Part shown: positions 13,401-24,640 of the stretch, one piece after another
Numbering within the stretch: position 1 is the stretch's first letter
Layout of the letters: each line of letters begins with the position of its first letter
Origin: Lama guanicoe
Lineage: Eukaryota
Assembly (NCBI GenBank): GCA_013239625.1
Contig: MU054001.1
Span: forward strand, 7,572,746 to 7,636,745
Length of the DNA: 64,000 bases
Direction of reading: 5' to 3'
Translations under genes and position numbers: made by a program
The notes under the pieces: model-generated
What the model saw: the letters and a program-made list of their open reading frames with translations, nothing else
Database searches by the model: none
Told to the model about the DNA's origin: nothing

Positions 13401-14487
13401 ATATGAAATGTAACGTGAAACTCAAACATGATGACATCTCACCTGCTTGCCTCAGGGAACTGTACAAGCACTGAACACTATGTGAATGTAAACACAGAGT
13501 TAAGAAAACTGTTGAGGTAAAGCACTAAACTGAACATGGAGATAAAGTTTTATGGATTTTCTAGGTTTTCTTTAATAATTGCAACACTGAATTAATAGTT
13601 ATTAGCTATACTCCACACCACCACCCCTGCGAACAAATAAAGTAAGTAAGCACTGCCTGGATGCCTGCTATTGCCCAATGCTAAATAGGGTGAGGGGTAT
13701 AAAGAAGGTTGAACAAGGGTGTCTTTTCCAGTTACGAGCTAAGTGAGGAGACACATTGGAAACCACCCGGGAATGGTACCTAGTCAGTACTCAAAGACAA
13801 GATAACAGTCTACCGATCATAAACAGTGCAGGAATACAAAGAGGATCTAGAAGTATTTGAAGTAAATAGGGAAGGCTCTATGAAGGGGATGGGGCTCCAA
13901 ATAGTTCTCAGGGCAATTCTAAGCTGTTTTAACTGAGGACTGGATAGGAAAAGCTGGTGACTCCTGGTTTTTAATAAGGCACAGGTTACCCTAGGAAGCT
14001 AAGTCACATAATGATTGGAACACATAAGGTAAGGCCAAAGTGATGGAGGGTCGAGACTACCTGGCTGAGATCTGGTTGTGGTAAGTCTTTGACTTGACTC
14101 TAGATGTTGGAGGGTCAAAACTGTAGGTTGACTGAAAAGGGGGGGAGAATATCCAAGAATTCAACAGAAGGAAAAATTCATATATCATGTATGAAAACTG
14201 TTCATCAGAGTATCAGCAATCAGAATAGACACTTGAAACCAAAAACATACAGTTCCAGAAGCTGGCAAAATGTGGAGGGTGTTGAGAGAAAGATGAATCA
14301 AAGACCATTCCAAGCCTTTGGGTATTCAAGACCAGAAAAATGATTATCCCACTAAATAAGTAGAGACGCTGGAAGAAGAAAAATTATTAAATCAGCTTTA
14401 GACATGTTGAATCTGACATATGAGCTAAGAGTAGATGTTTTCTAAGAAGCTCAATATTCAAAACTGAAGCACAGATATAGAGTACAG

Positions 14488-15630
14488 GCTTAAGATGCAT
14501 ATGGACAAGGCATGATAAATCTCCTAAAAGAAAACATAGGCAAAACATTATCTGACATAAATCTTAGCAACATTCTCCTAGGGCAATCTACCCAGGCAAT
14601 GGAAATAAGAGAAAAAATAAACAAATGGGATGTAATTAAACTCATTATTTCCTTCACAGCAAAGGTAACCATAAGTAAAACAAAACATCAACCTACGAAT
14701 GGGAGAAAATATTTGCAAATGATACGACTAACAGAGGCTTAATTTTCAGAATATATATAACAGCTCATACAACTTAATAACAAAAAAACAAACAACTCAA
14801 TCCAAAAATAGGCAGAAGACCTAAACAAGCGTTTCTCCAATGAAGACACAAATGGCCAATAGACTCATGAATAAATGCTCAGTATCACTAATAAACCGAG
14901 AAATGCAAATCAAAACTACCATGAGGTATCAGATCACACCAGTCAGAATGGCCATCACTCAGAATTTCATGAATGATAAATGCTAGAGAAGCTGAAGAGG
15001 ATAAGGTACCCTCTTACACAGCTGGTGGGAATCCAGTTTGGTGTAGTCATTAAGGAAAGCATGGAAATCCCTCAAAAAACTAAAAGTAGACTTACCCTAT
15101 GACCCAGCAATCCCACTTCTGGGTATATAACTGGAAGGAACTCCAATGTGAAAAGGTACCTGTACCCCAGTATTCATAGCACCACTGTATACAATAGCCA
15201 AGACATGGAGGCAAGCTTAATGTAGCAACAGATGGCTGGATAAAGAAGCTGTGGTATATTTATACCCTGGAATACTACTCTCCCATGAAAAGGACAAAAT
15301 AAAACCATTTGCAGCAACATGGATGGAGCTAGAGATCTTCATTATAAGTGAAAGCAGCCAGAAACAGAAAAATACCAAATGATACCACTCATATGTGAAA
15401 TCTAAAAGAAGAGAGAAAAAGACACTGCAAACTCATCTACAAAACAGAAACAGACTTGCAGACTTAGTAAACAATCTTAAGGTTACCAGGGAAAGGGGAT
15501 GGGAAGGGATAAATCTGGGAGATTTACAAATGTTAGCCACTGTATATAAAAATAGATTTTAAATAAAGTTTCTTCTGTATAGCACAGAAACCTATGTTCA
15601 TTATCCAGCTATAACCTATAATGGAAAAGC
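14488..15630 (+). mobile_element. LINE-1 ORF2 3' portion and 3' UTR, truncated at both ends
   Basis: ORF 14512-14742 (INLLKENIGKTLSDINLSNILLGQSTQAMEIREKINKWDVIKL) is L1 ORF2. The element stops inside the 3' UTR with no poly-A and abuts the GC-rich block. Confidence 0.92.
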
Positions 15631-15689
15631 CGATACAGCCACCAACTGAGGAAGCAAGAGAAGAAAGGAGAGTTAGTTATGCTGGGTTA

Positions 15690-16600
15690 GGCCCACTTCT
15701 AAAATCCTTGTCAGCCACTGAGGCTGCCCCGAGTACAATGAGCCCTCCTCCCAGGGACAGGCTGACATGACATGCGTCCTGCAAACCTGGGGCAGCAGAG
15801 GCTGTCCCCTGGTCTGGCCCTGGGGAAGATGGGAGGAAGTCCACCTGCTCCCCCTGGGGAAGCACCCCTCCCCACAACCCCCGGTTCCTGACTGCACCGC
15901 GCCTGTCTCTCAGGAACCCAGTGACTTGAAAACAAGTGATCCACGAACCTGGGGCAGCGGCAGGGAGATGGGCAGCGACCTGGCAAGCTGGTCGATTTGC
16001 CCCCATCTCTCCCACAGCCTGTCCAGGGCTCGGCCTCTACTGCTCCAGGCATGGACCCCAGGTAAGCCTGCTCCCGGGAGGAGGGCGCTGTGTGTTCGAA
16101 GGCAGCGGCTGGTTATGGGGTCTGCCCATGGGTGCCTGTGGATTTGCTTCAAACTCCCCAGCGCATGGACTGAGCTTGGCCTCTGCTGCCACAGGTTCGT
16201 GGAACTCAGGTTACAGTTCAGCCTGCTCCTGGAAGGTGGGTGCTGTGCTGTCAGGGAATGGCAGCTGCTGCGATGGCGGGATTGGGGCTGCCTTGTGAAA
16301 GCGCAGGGGTTGCAGCCATTTCCCGCTGCTGCTGCAGCTATCCCAGCACACTGATCACACTGCGCCCACCTCCCAGGAGCAGCCTGACCTGCAACCTGAG
16401 TCACAAGAACCTGGGGATTTAGAGGCCGCCCCCAAGGTCAGGCCGCGGGTAAGATGGGAGCAAATCCAGGGGCTCTCATGGGGCAGTCCCCATTCCATCC
16501 GAGGCCCTGCGACCGCACCGCACTCGCCCCCCAAGAGCAGGCCATGGTCTGAGGGCAAGTCGGAGATACTCCGGAGCCGTCCGGTTCCCTCCCACCTCGT
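15690..16600. repeat. Degenerate ~160-bp GC-rich satellite units in alternating orientation (minus / plus / minus)
   Basis: Anchor caggtaagcctgctcccgggagg (~16060) and cagttcagcctgctcctggaagg (~16214) on plus; reverse anchors cctcccagggacaggctgac (~15746) and cctcccaggagcagcctgacctg (~16369). Same family as 55.6-57.7 kb. Confidence 0.8.
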
Positions 16601-17150
16601 GGGGCTGTACCTGCTCTCCTAAACCCGTGTATAAGCGGCGGCAAAAACGGGGGTTCAGGAACTAATAATAGTCGGATTACCATGAACTACAGCAGCGGCT
16701 GAGACTCGCCTCAGGGTCCTAACGGGACGCGCGGCCTGGACCTCACCTCCACACCCCTCCCTGGGCGCCTCCCCAGCCGCACAGCCCAGGCGTCACCCGT
16801 CGGCTCCCCGAGCTCCGCACCCCTACCAGCGCCCCCTTGACTGCCCGGCAACGGCAGCCGAGCCCCGGGCAAGAGTCGGCCCAGACCCCAGGCCGTGTTC
16901 CTCTTCCAGGAGCTGGTCCAGGAGCAACCGGCTCCCGCCAGCTTCCACGCATTCTGGGCGGGTTCCGGCGTCTGCGCGTCGGTCCGTCTGCGTGTGCGCG
17001 CCCCTCCTCCTCCCGCCTGCAGAGCAAACTGCTCCGGTGGGCCTCCTGCTTTACCGGACCTGGCCACTGGGGCCGGGAGGAGCCAGGTGGGGCCCCTACT
17101 GCTCATCCCGCCGAGTCTCCATCCCCAGAGCCTTCACCCCGCCACCGACA
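16600..17150 (-). promoter_or_regulatory. CpG island / probable orphan promoter with a minus-strand first-exon splice donor
   Basis: Dense CpG content; MYB-type YAACGG at 16720 and 16849; GGCAAC half X-box at ~16847; minus-strand GAG|GTGAGG donor at ~16746. Confidence 0.6.
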
Positions 17151-18339
17151 GGGTTCTGGCACTGAACTAGAACCACGACTGCCCTGGGCCAGGACACACC
17201 CCGCCAGCCCCACTTCCCCTGTTCTCCTTCCCCTCCCTGTTACTACCCGCCCACCACTGGCCAGGCCCAGTTTCCCACCAGACCTTAAAGACAGGGCTCC
17301 TTCTCCTCACACCGAGGTCCCTGCCCTGACACTCGAACCTGCTAGGTCCTAACCTATGGCCCCTACAACCACAAGTTTACCCCTCATAACTCAGCACAGG
17401 AACCCGAACATCCTGAAATTGTCCCCCTCACCTCTCAGCCAGGTCAGTTCCATTCTAAGTGGGCCCCACACCCCTCAACCTGTACCCCCTCACCATGGGA
17501 TCCCCTTCACTCTGAGTGCACCCCTACCCTGAGCTCACTCCCTCATCCTTCACCCTGTGTTTGGGGTGGGGAAATCCGGGCTCCAGTAATGATGACTACT
17601 GCCACCAGTGGGGGATCCAGCCTAGTGTGCACCTTCATAGTTAATGTCTGAGGCTACAGGGCGAGACAGGCTGGGTTGAAGGCGGTTCCAATTCCCGCCC
17701 TGGCACCCTGATTCCCGCACCCTGTGCCTCAACTGACCCGATGGGTCAGTGTGATCCCAGGCTGCCAGCCACTGGCCTCTGGGCCTTGGGTGGTTGATGG
17801 TCCTGATGGTGGTCTGGTCCCTTAGGGCGGAGGCAATGGGCACACGGACCTTTGAGGTGGGGGAGTTCAGAGGGTGCACTTGAGCTCAGGGGTAGACAGC
17901 AGATGGTGGGCTATGGGCATGGGGCTGTGTGCGTGGCCTGGCCTCAGCCCAGGTGGGTGCAAGGATCTTGTTCATTCACACCAGGCCAGAGGAAAGAGGG
18001 ACGGGAGCTTTTAAAGCGTCAAAGTTAGGAAGCCAAGACTGGAGAGCAAAGTAGGAAGGTGCACTGTCCTGGCCACCATGGAGCCCACTGCGATGCTGGT
18101 CCCTTGCATCAGGGGAGACTGACAGTTGACTGGCCAATGAGACATCCCCTGCTGTTGTATAGTTTACAGGCAATTGAAGGGGTTTTGACAGATAATTTTA
18201 ATCCAATAATTGTCCCTTTCTCTGCGGGAGATCAGGTCCAAAGTCATGGTGAATCTGGCAGGGATCCTGCCTGAACTCCAGCCTGGGACAGTGGAGGACC
18301 CACCCAGGAATCATCCTCTTAGCTCTCACCAAAAGGCAC

Positions 18340-18765
18340 TGTAATAGAGAAGAACAAATCTGACTCCATATTGGATCTGTGCCTTTTCCTTTAACCCTCT
18401 GCCGTGTTTTCTAGGCTTAGTCTTGCTAGCTCTGCAACTTTTGTAAAACAATGTTGCCTTTAGCTTGAAATAAACAGGAGAGTCTATTCTCAAAACTCTG
18501 ACCTTTAAGGATATTAACACTTTTGCACTCCTATAAAGATAACAAGTTGCAGAATAGAAAAAGTTTGTTTTGTTGCAGGTTTTACAGGAACACCATGATC
18601 TGACCCACGTGGACAGCTGCAAAGGTTTCCAAGAACAAAGAAATCCTACACCAAGAAGTGTGCAACAACCAACCACAGCCCCTCCCCTATTTACTAGAAA
18701 AGGAGCCTGAAGTCTGACTTGGGGAAGATGGTTCTCCAAGATATTAGTCTGCCATTATCTTGGTC
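18340..18765 (+). mobile_element. ERV1-type LTR, 5' part
   Basis: Starts TGTAATAG and has LTR-like U3 content. It is homologous to the inverted copy at 18766-19051. Confidence 0.7.
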
Positions 18766-19051
18766 TGCAGCTGTCTACGTAGACCAGGTCATAGTGCCTC
18801 TGTAAAACCTCTAACAAAACAAAAGTTATTTTATCATCTGCAACTTGTTGTCTTTATATAAGTGCAAAAGTGTTCATATCCTTAAAGATCAGAGCCTTGA
18901 AAATAGGCTCTCCTGTATATTTCAGGCTAAAGGCAACATTGTTTTACAAAAGGTGCAGAGCTAGTAAGACTAAGCCTAGAAAAGAGGGCACAGGGTTAAA
19001 GCCAAAAGGACAGACCTTCTATGGAGTCAGATTTTTTTCTTTTCTATTATA
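18766..19051 (-). mobile_element. Second copy of the same LTR 5' part, inverted
   Basis: Its reverse complement matches 18340-18621. The ORF-track peptides on opposite strands are near-identical (LKATLFYK.CRASKTKPRK). Confidence 0.8.
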
Positions 19052-19054
19052 CTA

Positions 19055-20330
19055 TATTCTATTTTTGTTTTAAGATTATAAGAATAAAGTTTAGCCTTTT
19101 CCCATTTTATATTGTGCAATTTCAAGGAGAATTAAGTGCCTTCACAATGCTGTGAGACCAACACCACTGGTTTAGATAATTGTCTTCCTCAAACTGAAAG
19201 CTTGTATACAAAGCTCACCCCACATCCTACCACATCATCCCCCAGCCCATGAGAAGCCCTAATCCCCTTTCTTTCTCTATGTCTTTACCTACCCTCGAGG
19301 TTCCCTATCAATGAAATCATATAAAAGGTGGCTTTTTTTTCTCTCTCTCTGCCCACATATCTTAAGTAGGGATGGGTGAATTTTTTGTTTGTTTGTTTTC
19401 ATGTGAATTAGCTTTTTTGTATTTTGAGAGGAAAATCCAGATGGATTAAAGGTGAGACGTACCAAATGAAGCCCTTTTAGTAGCTCTGTGCATAATCGCG
19501 GGGTAGGCACTGCTGTTCTAAGTGTGAAACCAGAGCCAGAAGGGAGATGCTTAGTTCTTCTTGTGGCAAAATAAAACCAAACTAAAGCAGAAAACAAAGG
19601 CCAAGCAAGACAGCTGGAAAGACAAACCACAGCCTGGAAAAAGCTTTCCTCATGACCCAAGGTCAGAGAAAAGTTTCACATCCCTGTGGTCCAAAGAGCT
19701 CTTGACGCCCAGTGTTCTGAAAGGAAACAAAACACACACAGACAGTTCCAACGAGAGGCGGTGCAGGTGGCCAGTGTGTGCTAGAGATGCTCGACCTGTA
19801 AGGAGAGGACATAGGCAGACGGTCAGACTGCAGAGACAGCATTGGACACCATCACACTGGCAGATCTTTATCCCGCTAACAACCAGCCTTGGTGACAACG
19901 TGAGCAGGCAGAGGCCCCAGGAGGTCCCCTGGAGGGAAGAGCAAATGGACGCTCCTCTCCAGCAGAACAAGGTGCAGGATACATCAAAGTGCTACAAGTG
20001 CATCCCTTCCCTAGCAGTGCTGATCCTTAGAGAAGATCCCACCAAAGTGCTTGCACAATTTTCAAAGATAATTTTTCTTCAGTAAAATGAATTCAAAATA
20101 ATCAATATGTCATCAAGGGATTTTCAGAAGTGACCTGCCCTGGGCCCAAACAATACACACACATAAATACACACATATACACATAAACATATACACACAT
20201 ACATACAGGAAAAGAGACAGACAGACTGAAACACAGAGAAGCAGGGGAGACAGAGAAACAGAGAGAGAGACAAGACAGAGAGAGAGGCACTGAGAGACAG
20301 AGACAGACAGAAGGAACACTGGAGCTGGGA
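19055..20330 (+). repeat. Copy 1 of a diverged direct repeat: 3' flank of a tandem gene unit
   Basis: Collinear with 22710-24060 from AATAAA (19083 vs 22738; offset 3655 bp) through gcaggtggccagtgt...tagagatgct and ggtgcagga..catcaaag to a GA-rich tract. Confidence 0.85.
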
Positions 20331-21093
20331 AGGAGTGGAACTCACGCACATTTTCACAAGTCAGTCTGCATGTCAGCACCTGGTCTCAAAGTCCATCCAC
20401 CCTCCAGGGGAAGGTGTGGGGATCCCACAAGGGCGTGGGAACAGAAGGCAAAAAATAGGAAGCCATTGTGGGGCAGCCCACCACAGAGGCCGAGATGGGA
20501 CACTGGGCCTGTATGTCAACATGACAGAATGACCTAGGAGGTTGTATGCCAGAGCGGACGATGTCAGAGTTGTATTTAATTGCAGTCGCACAACTGGGAG
20601 CTGGGAAGCAAGCAGTAAGGAAAGTGACTTTCTCTAGTCCCCAGGGCAGACCCCAGCCTGTGTGGCAAGTGCTCTGCGCTCCTCCAGCACTCTGTGGGGT
20701 CCTTCCTTTGCTGAGTCTGTGCACGAGCTCCTTGTGATGCCAAACCATGAGGGTGACAAATGCAGTAGGTGTCTCTAGGTCTAGAGACAGAATGGATTCT
20801 CTAGGAAGCAGGGGCCAGAATGATCCCCACTGTACCGATGGGGGATTGGGGAGACCCTGAGAGGCACGTGGCTTGTCCAGGTTGATATCACTGCTGAGTG
20901 GGGAAGCCATGTCTCAACCCATCTGTGTCTTCAGAGCTGCGGCACTGGCTGCATCCAGGCGTCCCCAGGGCTATGAGGGAGGCTGAGTTGGTGTCACTGT
21001 GTGTGGACATGGCATTGAGAGAAATGAGAGATTGGCAGCCCAGAAAGGCCCTTGGGGAGCTTTATGTGTCAGGAGCTTGGGTAAGTGGAACCC

Positions 21094-21120
21094 AGGAAGT
21101 GACCTCACTTCCCTGGCAAT
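21094..21120 (+). promoter_or_regulatory. Palindromic ETS / CRE-like / ETS element with an adjacent X-box-like half site, ~100 bp upstream of the ATG
   Basis: GGAAGTGA-CC-TCACTTCC contains TGACCTCA and is followed by CCTGGCAAT. Confidence 0.4.
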
Positions 21121-21208
21121 AGATCCCAACAGAACTTGGAACCGAAATCACCAGGCACCCACTCTGTAGAGAAGTCCCTACTCAGCTCACTTGGTTGGAG
21201 ACAGAGGC

Positions 21209-22765
21209 ATGTTCTGCTGCATTCCAATATCCCGAGGACGCAGCCCCCAGAAAGCCCGCAGTGAGGGGCTGTACCAACATTGCCAGTGCTGGGTCAGGTC
21301 TCATCCAAGGTGCCTCTGGCCTTCTGGACAGAGAGACCCAAAGGTAACACAGGGAGGCCCAGGGCAGGCCCGCCCAGGCTGGGCCACCACTCAGATCCCA
21401 CCCTGGTAGCCCCACGGCCCCTTCCTGGATGGTGGAGGTGGAGCAGTCATGTTGGGGATGGGTTTCTGCCTCATGCAAGAGCAGGTCAGTGGCCTGGGGG
21501 GCCGGTCTCATCCAGCCCAGGTCAAATTTGGCTGGCTGGAATGTGGAGAGCCGGGGCAGGGTACTGCTGCCCAAGGTGGAGCCCATGCATTCTGGGTATG
21601 TTTTTTCCCTCCCAGGTGTCTGAGCTGAACAAAGTCCCAGTCTGATCTGGCAGCAGAGGGCCGAGTGGACAGAATCAGGAGTATTCCTGGCCGGGCAGGG
21701 CTCTGAGACTTCCAGGCCGGGTCAGCTGCTGGTCACTGTCATTGCAGAGCCAGATACCACATATTGAACAGAAGCTGATGAATAAGAACACCAATGCCCC
21801 CTCCCCAAGTGAAGGGCTGGTGTGCCACTCTTCTGAGCGCCAGCACAGGATCCAAGTGGGTCTGAATATGGAGGGGTCCCAACCACCATGGCCCACAAAT
21901 CAGTGGGGCAGGCCTCCGACCCAGGCCTCACCCAGGGCTCTCACCAGGGACCTGCCCTGGGCTGACGGGTTGCTCAGCACACCCTGGTCTGACCTGGAGC
22001 ACCGTGCCCACCTCGCTGCAAGTCAGGTGGAGGGCCAGGAGCCCCCGAAGCAGAGTCCGAAGGTCAGAAAGCAGGGCTGGCGCATGTGTGTAGGCAAGGG
22101 AGGGGCGAGGGCTGGGCCACACAGGGAGGTGTCCCCAGAGGCTACTGTTGGGACCAGAGCAATGAATGGCCTCAGACCACCTGTCTGGAAAAATTCAGTC
22201 ACAGAACACATCCTGTGGGCATTTTCTGGGTGGGAGCTTTCTGGAAAGCTCTGGAAAGTTTTCTGTCCTTGAAGAGGCACATGGAAAGGGAGGCAGGTGG
22301 GTAGATTTTTCCTCTCACACAGCATGAGCTCTTCCACAAGACTTAAAACTCTCTCCACATCCAATAGTTACAGAGGAGGCAGGGGCAGGGGAAGATGGCA
22401 GAGACCAAAAAAAGGAAGATCTGGATCCAGCAGGAGACCCCGAGCTCCCTCCTGCCGCTCCTGCAGCTCCTCCTGAACCTGCATCTGCAGCTGGACTGCT
22501 AGGCAACGGAGAACCAGTTAAGGCATCACCACCACCTGGGGCAAAAGTCCCTCTGCACCCACCCACACCTTCGTCTCCAAAATGTTCTCCAAAATCCCAC
22601 TATAAGTCCCCTCTCGCTCCCCCTCCCAAACTTGACTTCCCTTCCGCTGGATATGTTTTTGTTTGGTTTTCTTTAGTTTCCTTTGTTTGCTTCACGTCAT
22701 TTATGGCATCCTTTAATTTTCTTTTTAGAGTTTCATTAATAAAATATAGACTTTTCCCCTTTTAA
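21209..22765 (+). pseudogene. 3-exon gene of a RalGDS-like-derived family lacking the GEF domain; frameshifted at the start of exon 3 (pseudogene or truncated allele)
   Basis: Exon 1, 21209-21343: MFCCIPISRGRSPQKARSEGLYQHCQCWVRSHPRCLWPSGQRDPK|gtaac. Exon 2, 21748-21855: ttgcag|SQIPHIEQKLMNKNTNAPSPSEGLVCHSSERQHRIQ|gtgggt. Exon 3 from 22323 (tttttcctctcacacag|) reads HELFHKT* in frame, but the shifted frame 22328-22765 is open for 145 codons, acidic and Pro-rich, with a hydrophobic end. AATAAA at 22738. Confidence 0.65.
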
Positions 22766-24060
22766 ATTGTGCAACTCAGGAGCATTAGGGGCATTCACAA
22801 TGTTGTGAGACAATCACTACCATCTAGTTTCACATTATTTCTTTCCTCATAGTGAAACCTTGGATCCTGAGCACTCACTCCCTTCCCTCCTCACCCAGCC
22901 CCTGCGAACCCCAAGTCCTCTTTCTCTCTGCGTGTCTTTAACTCAACCTCTCCTTGGTGTTCCCTGTCAATGAAACTTTAAAAAAGTTTTTTTTTTGTCC
23001 CTGCCCACATGTTTTAAGCTGGGGCTGGGGATTTTTTTTTGTTTTCACTTGAAACAGCATTTTTATTATTTTAAGGGTATATCCAGGGGGATTAAAGATG
23101 TGATGTACAAAATGAAGCCATTTTAGTAACTCTGTGCATAATCTTAGGGTAGACACTGCTCTTCCCCTTATGACACCACAGCCAGAAGACAGAAGGGAGA
23201 TGCTTAACTCTTCCTGTGGCAAAAACAAAATCAAACAAATCAAAAAAATTAGCAAAAGTCCAGAAAAACTGCTTGAAAGTGAAACCACAACCTGGAAAAA
23301 GCATTCCTCATAACCCAAGGTTGGAGAAAGGTTGCCCATCCCTGGAGTCCAAAATCCTTTTGAAATGCAGTGTTCTAAACAGAAACAGAACAGACATGGG
23401 CAGTTTCAATGAGAGGCAATGCAGGTGGCCAGTGTATGTTAGAGATGCTTGAACTCTCAGGTGAGAACACAGGTAGATGGAAACACAGCAGAGACAGCAC
23501 CGGTCACCATCACACTGGCGGGTCTTTAGTCAGGTGACAACCAGCCCTGGTGACAATGTAAGCAGGCAGAGGCTCCAGCAGATCCCCTGGAGGGGAGAGT
23601 GAAGGGACGCTCCTCTTCAGGAAAAGAGGGTGCAGGACGCATCAAAGGGCCACAGATGCATCTCTTCCCCAGAAGTTATGATCCTTACAGTTCATCCCAC
23701 AAAAATCCTTACACACCTATTCAAAGATGCCTTTTCAAGGGTGGTCATCACAGCACTGGTTGAAACAGTCGGAATTAAAGCAACATTAATGTTCCTGGAG
23801 AGATGATGGGGTCCATTCATTCTGGTTCATGTGGATGAATGAATGCTGTGCAGTTGGAAAAGTGGGTGCCTGGTCTCAACCAATGTCAAGGGAGGCCTCA
23901 GGGTGGAAGTATGCAGACCTACTGTCTGCACCCAGGGTCCCATCTGCACGACCACATCTGTGTGAAATCAGCATAGATGTAAACTGATCTGATTGTGAGT
24001 GTGTGAGAGACAGAGATGGAGAGAGACATACTGAGAGACACAGAGACTGAGACATAAGCA
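22710..24060 (+). repeat. Copy 2 of the diverged direct repeat
   Basis: See 19055-20330. ORF-track peptides 19561..20085 and 23216..23452 are homologous (KPQPGKS.PH.PR.EK; NER.CRWPV..RDA). Confidence 0.85.
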
Positions 24061-24359
24061 CCAAATCATTCGTGACAGTCACCTCTGTGGGTGGGAATTA
24101 CAAATCTCTTCTCTTTAAGGCAGTATTTCAATTTTTTGTAATGTGTCTGTATTACTCTACTAATTCTAAAATGATTAAAATCCTATCTCAATGTGACCCA
24201 TTCATTACTCATCTATGGAGTAATTAAAGTACATTAATCCTATTTTTAAAAGAATTTAATGTCTTCTCAGGACGCAGTTCCATGTCAGCTCCGTGGCAGC
24301 AGAGGTTCTCCAGGAGGTCGTGTCTCTTCTGAATCAGCATCCAAAAGAGGTGAGGAAGA

Positions 24360-24640
24360 ATTACCAGACTTGGACATTGAAGACTACAATAGATTAGAGA
24401 TTCTGTTGAGAGAAATTAAGACCTAAATTCACAGAAAATAATCCCTTATTCATTGAGCAGAAGGCTTCATTCTACTAAGATGACAATAGTCCACGAATAG
24501 ATCTAAGGATTCAAAGAATGCCTACCCAAATCCCAGGTGGTGTTTTGCAGGAATTGACAATCAATCTAAAATTCACGTGGAAAATCCAGGGGCTCAGAAT
24601 ACATGAGTGAATCTTGAAAAAGAAAACAAAGTTCGAGGAA
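24360..24640 (+). mobile_element. Old LINE-1 ORF2 fragment
   Basis: L1 ORF2-like motifs gagagaaattaagacctaaat and gaaattgacaa...ctaaaattcacgtggaaa...aatcttgaaaaagaaaacaaagtt. Confidence 0.65.

Noticed and set aside
5322..15630. Searched for ANO6 exon 3 upstream of pseudo-exon 4
   Set aside because: No matching sequence seen. It may lie in the gap or beyond the duplication breakpoint.
15767..17352. Cluster of 110-195-aa ORFs
   Set aside because: Explained by satellite and CpG-island composition; open on both strands and in several frames.
21742..22272. 176-aa ORF as a single-exon gene
   Set aside because: Only its first 36 codons (21748-21855) fit an exon; the rest is read-through into the intron.
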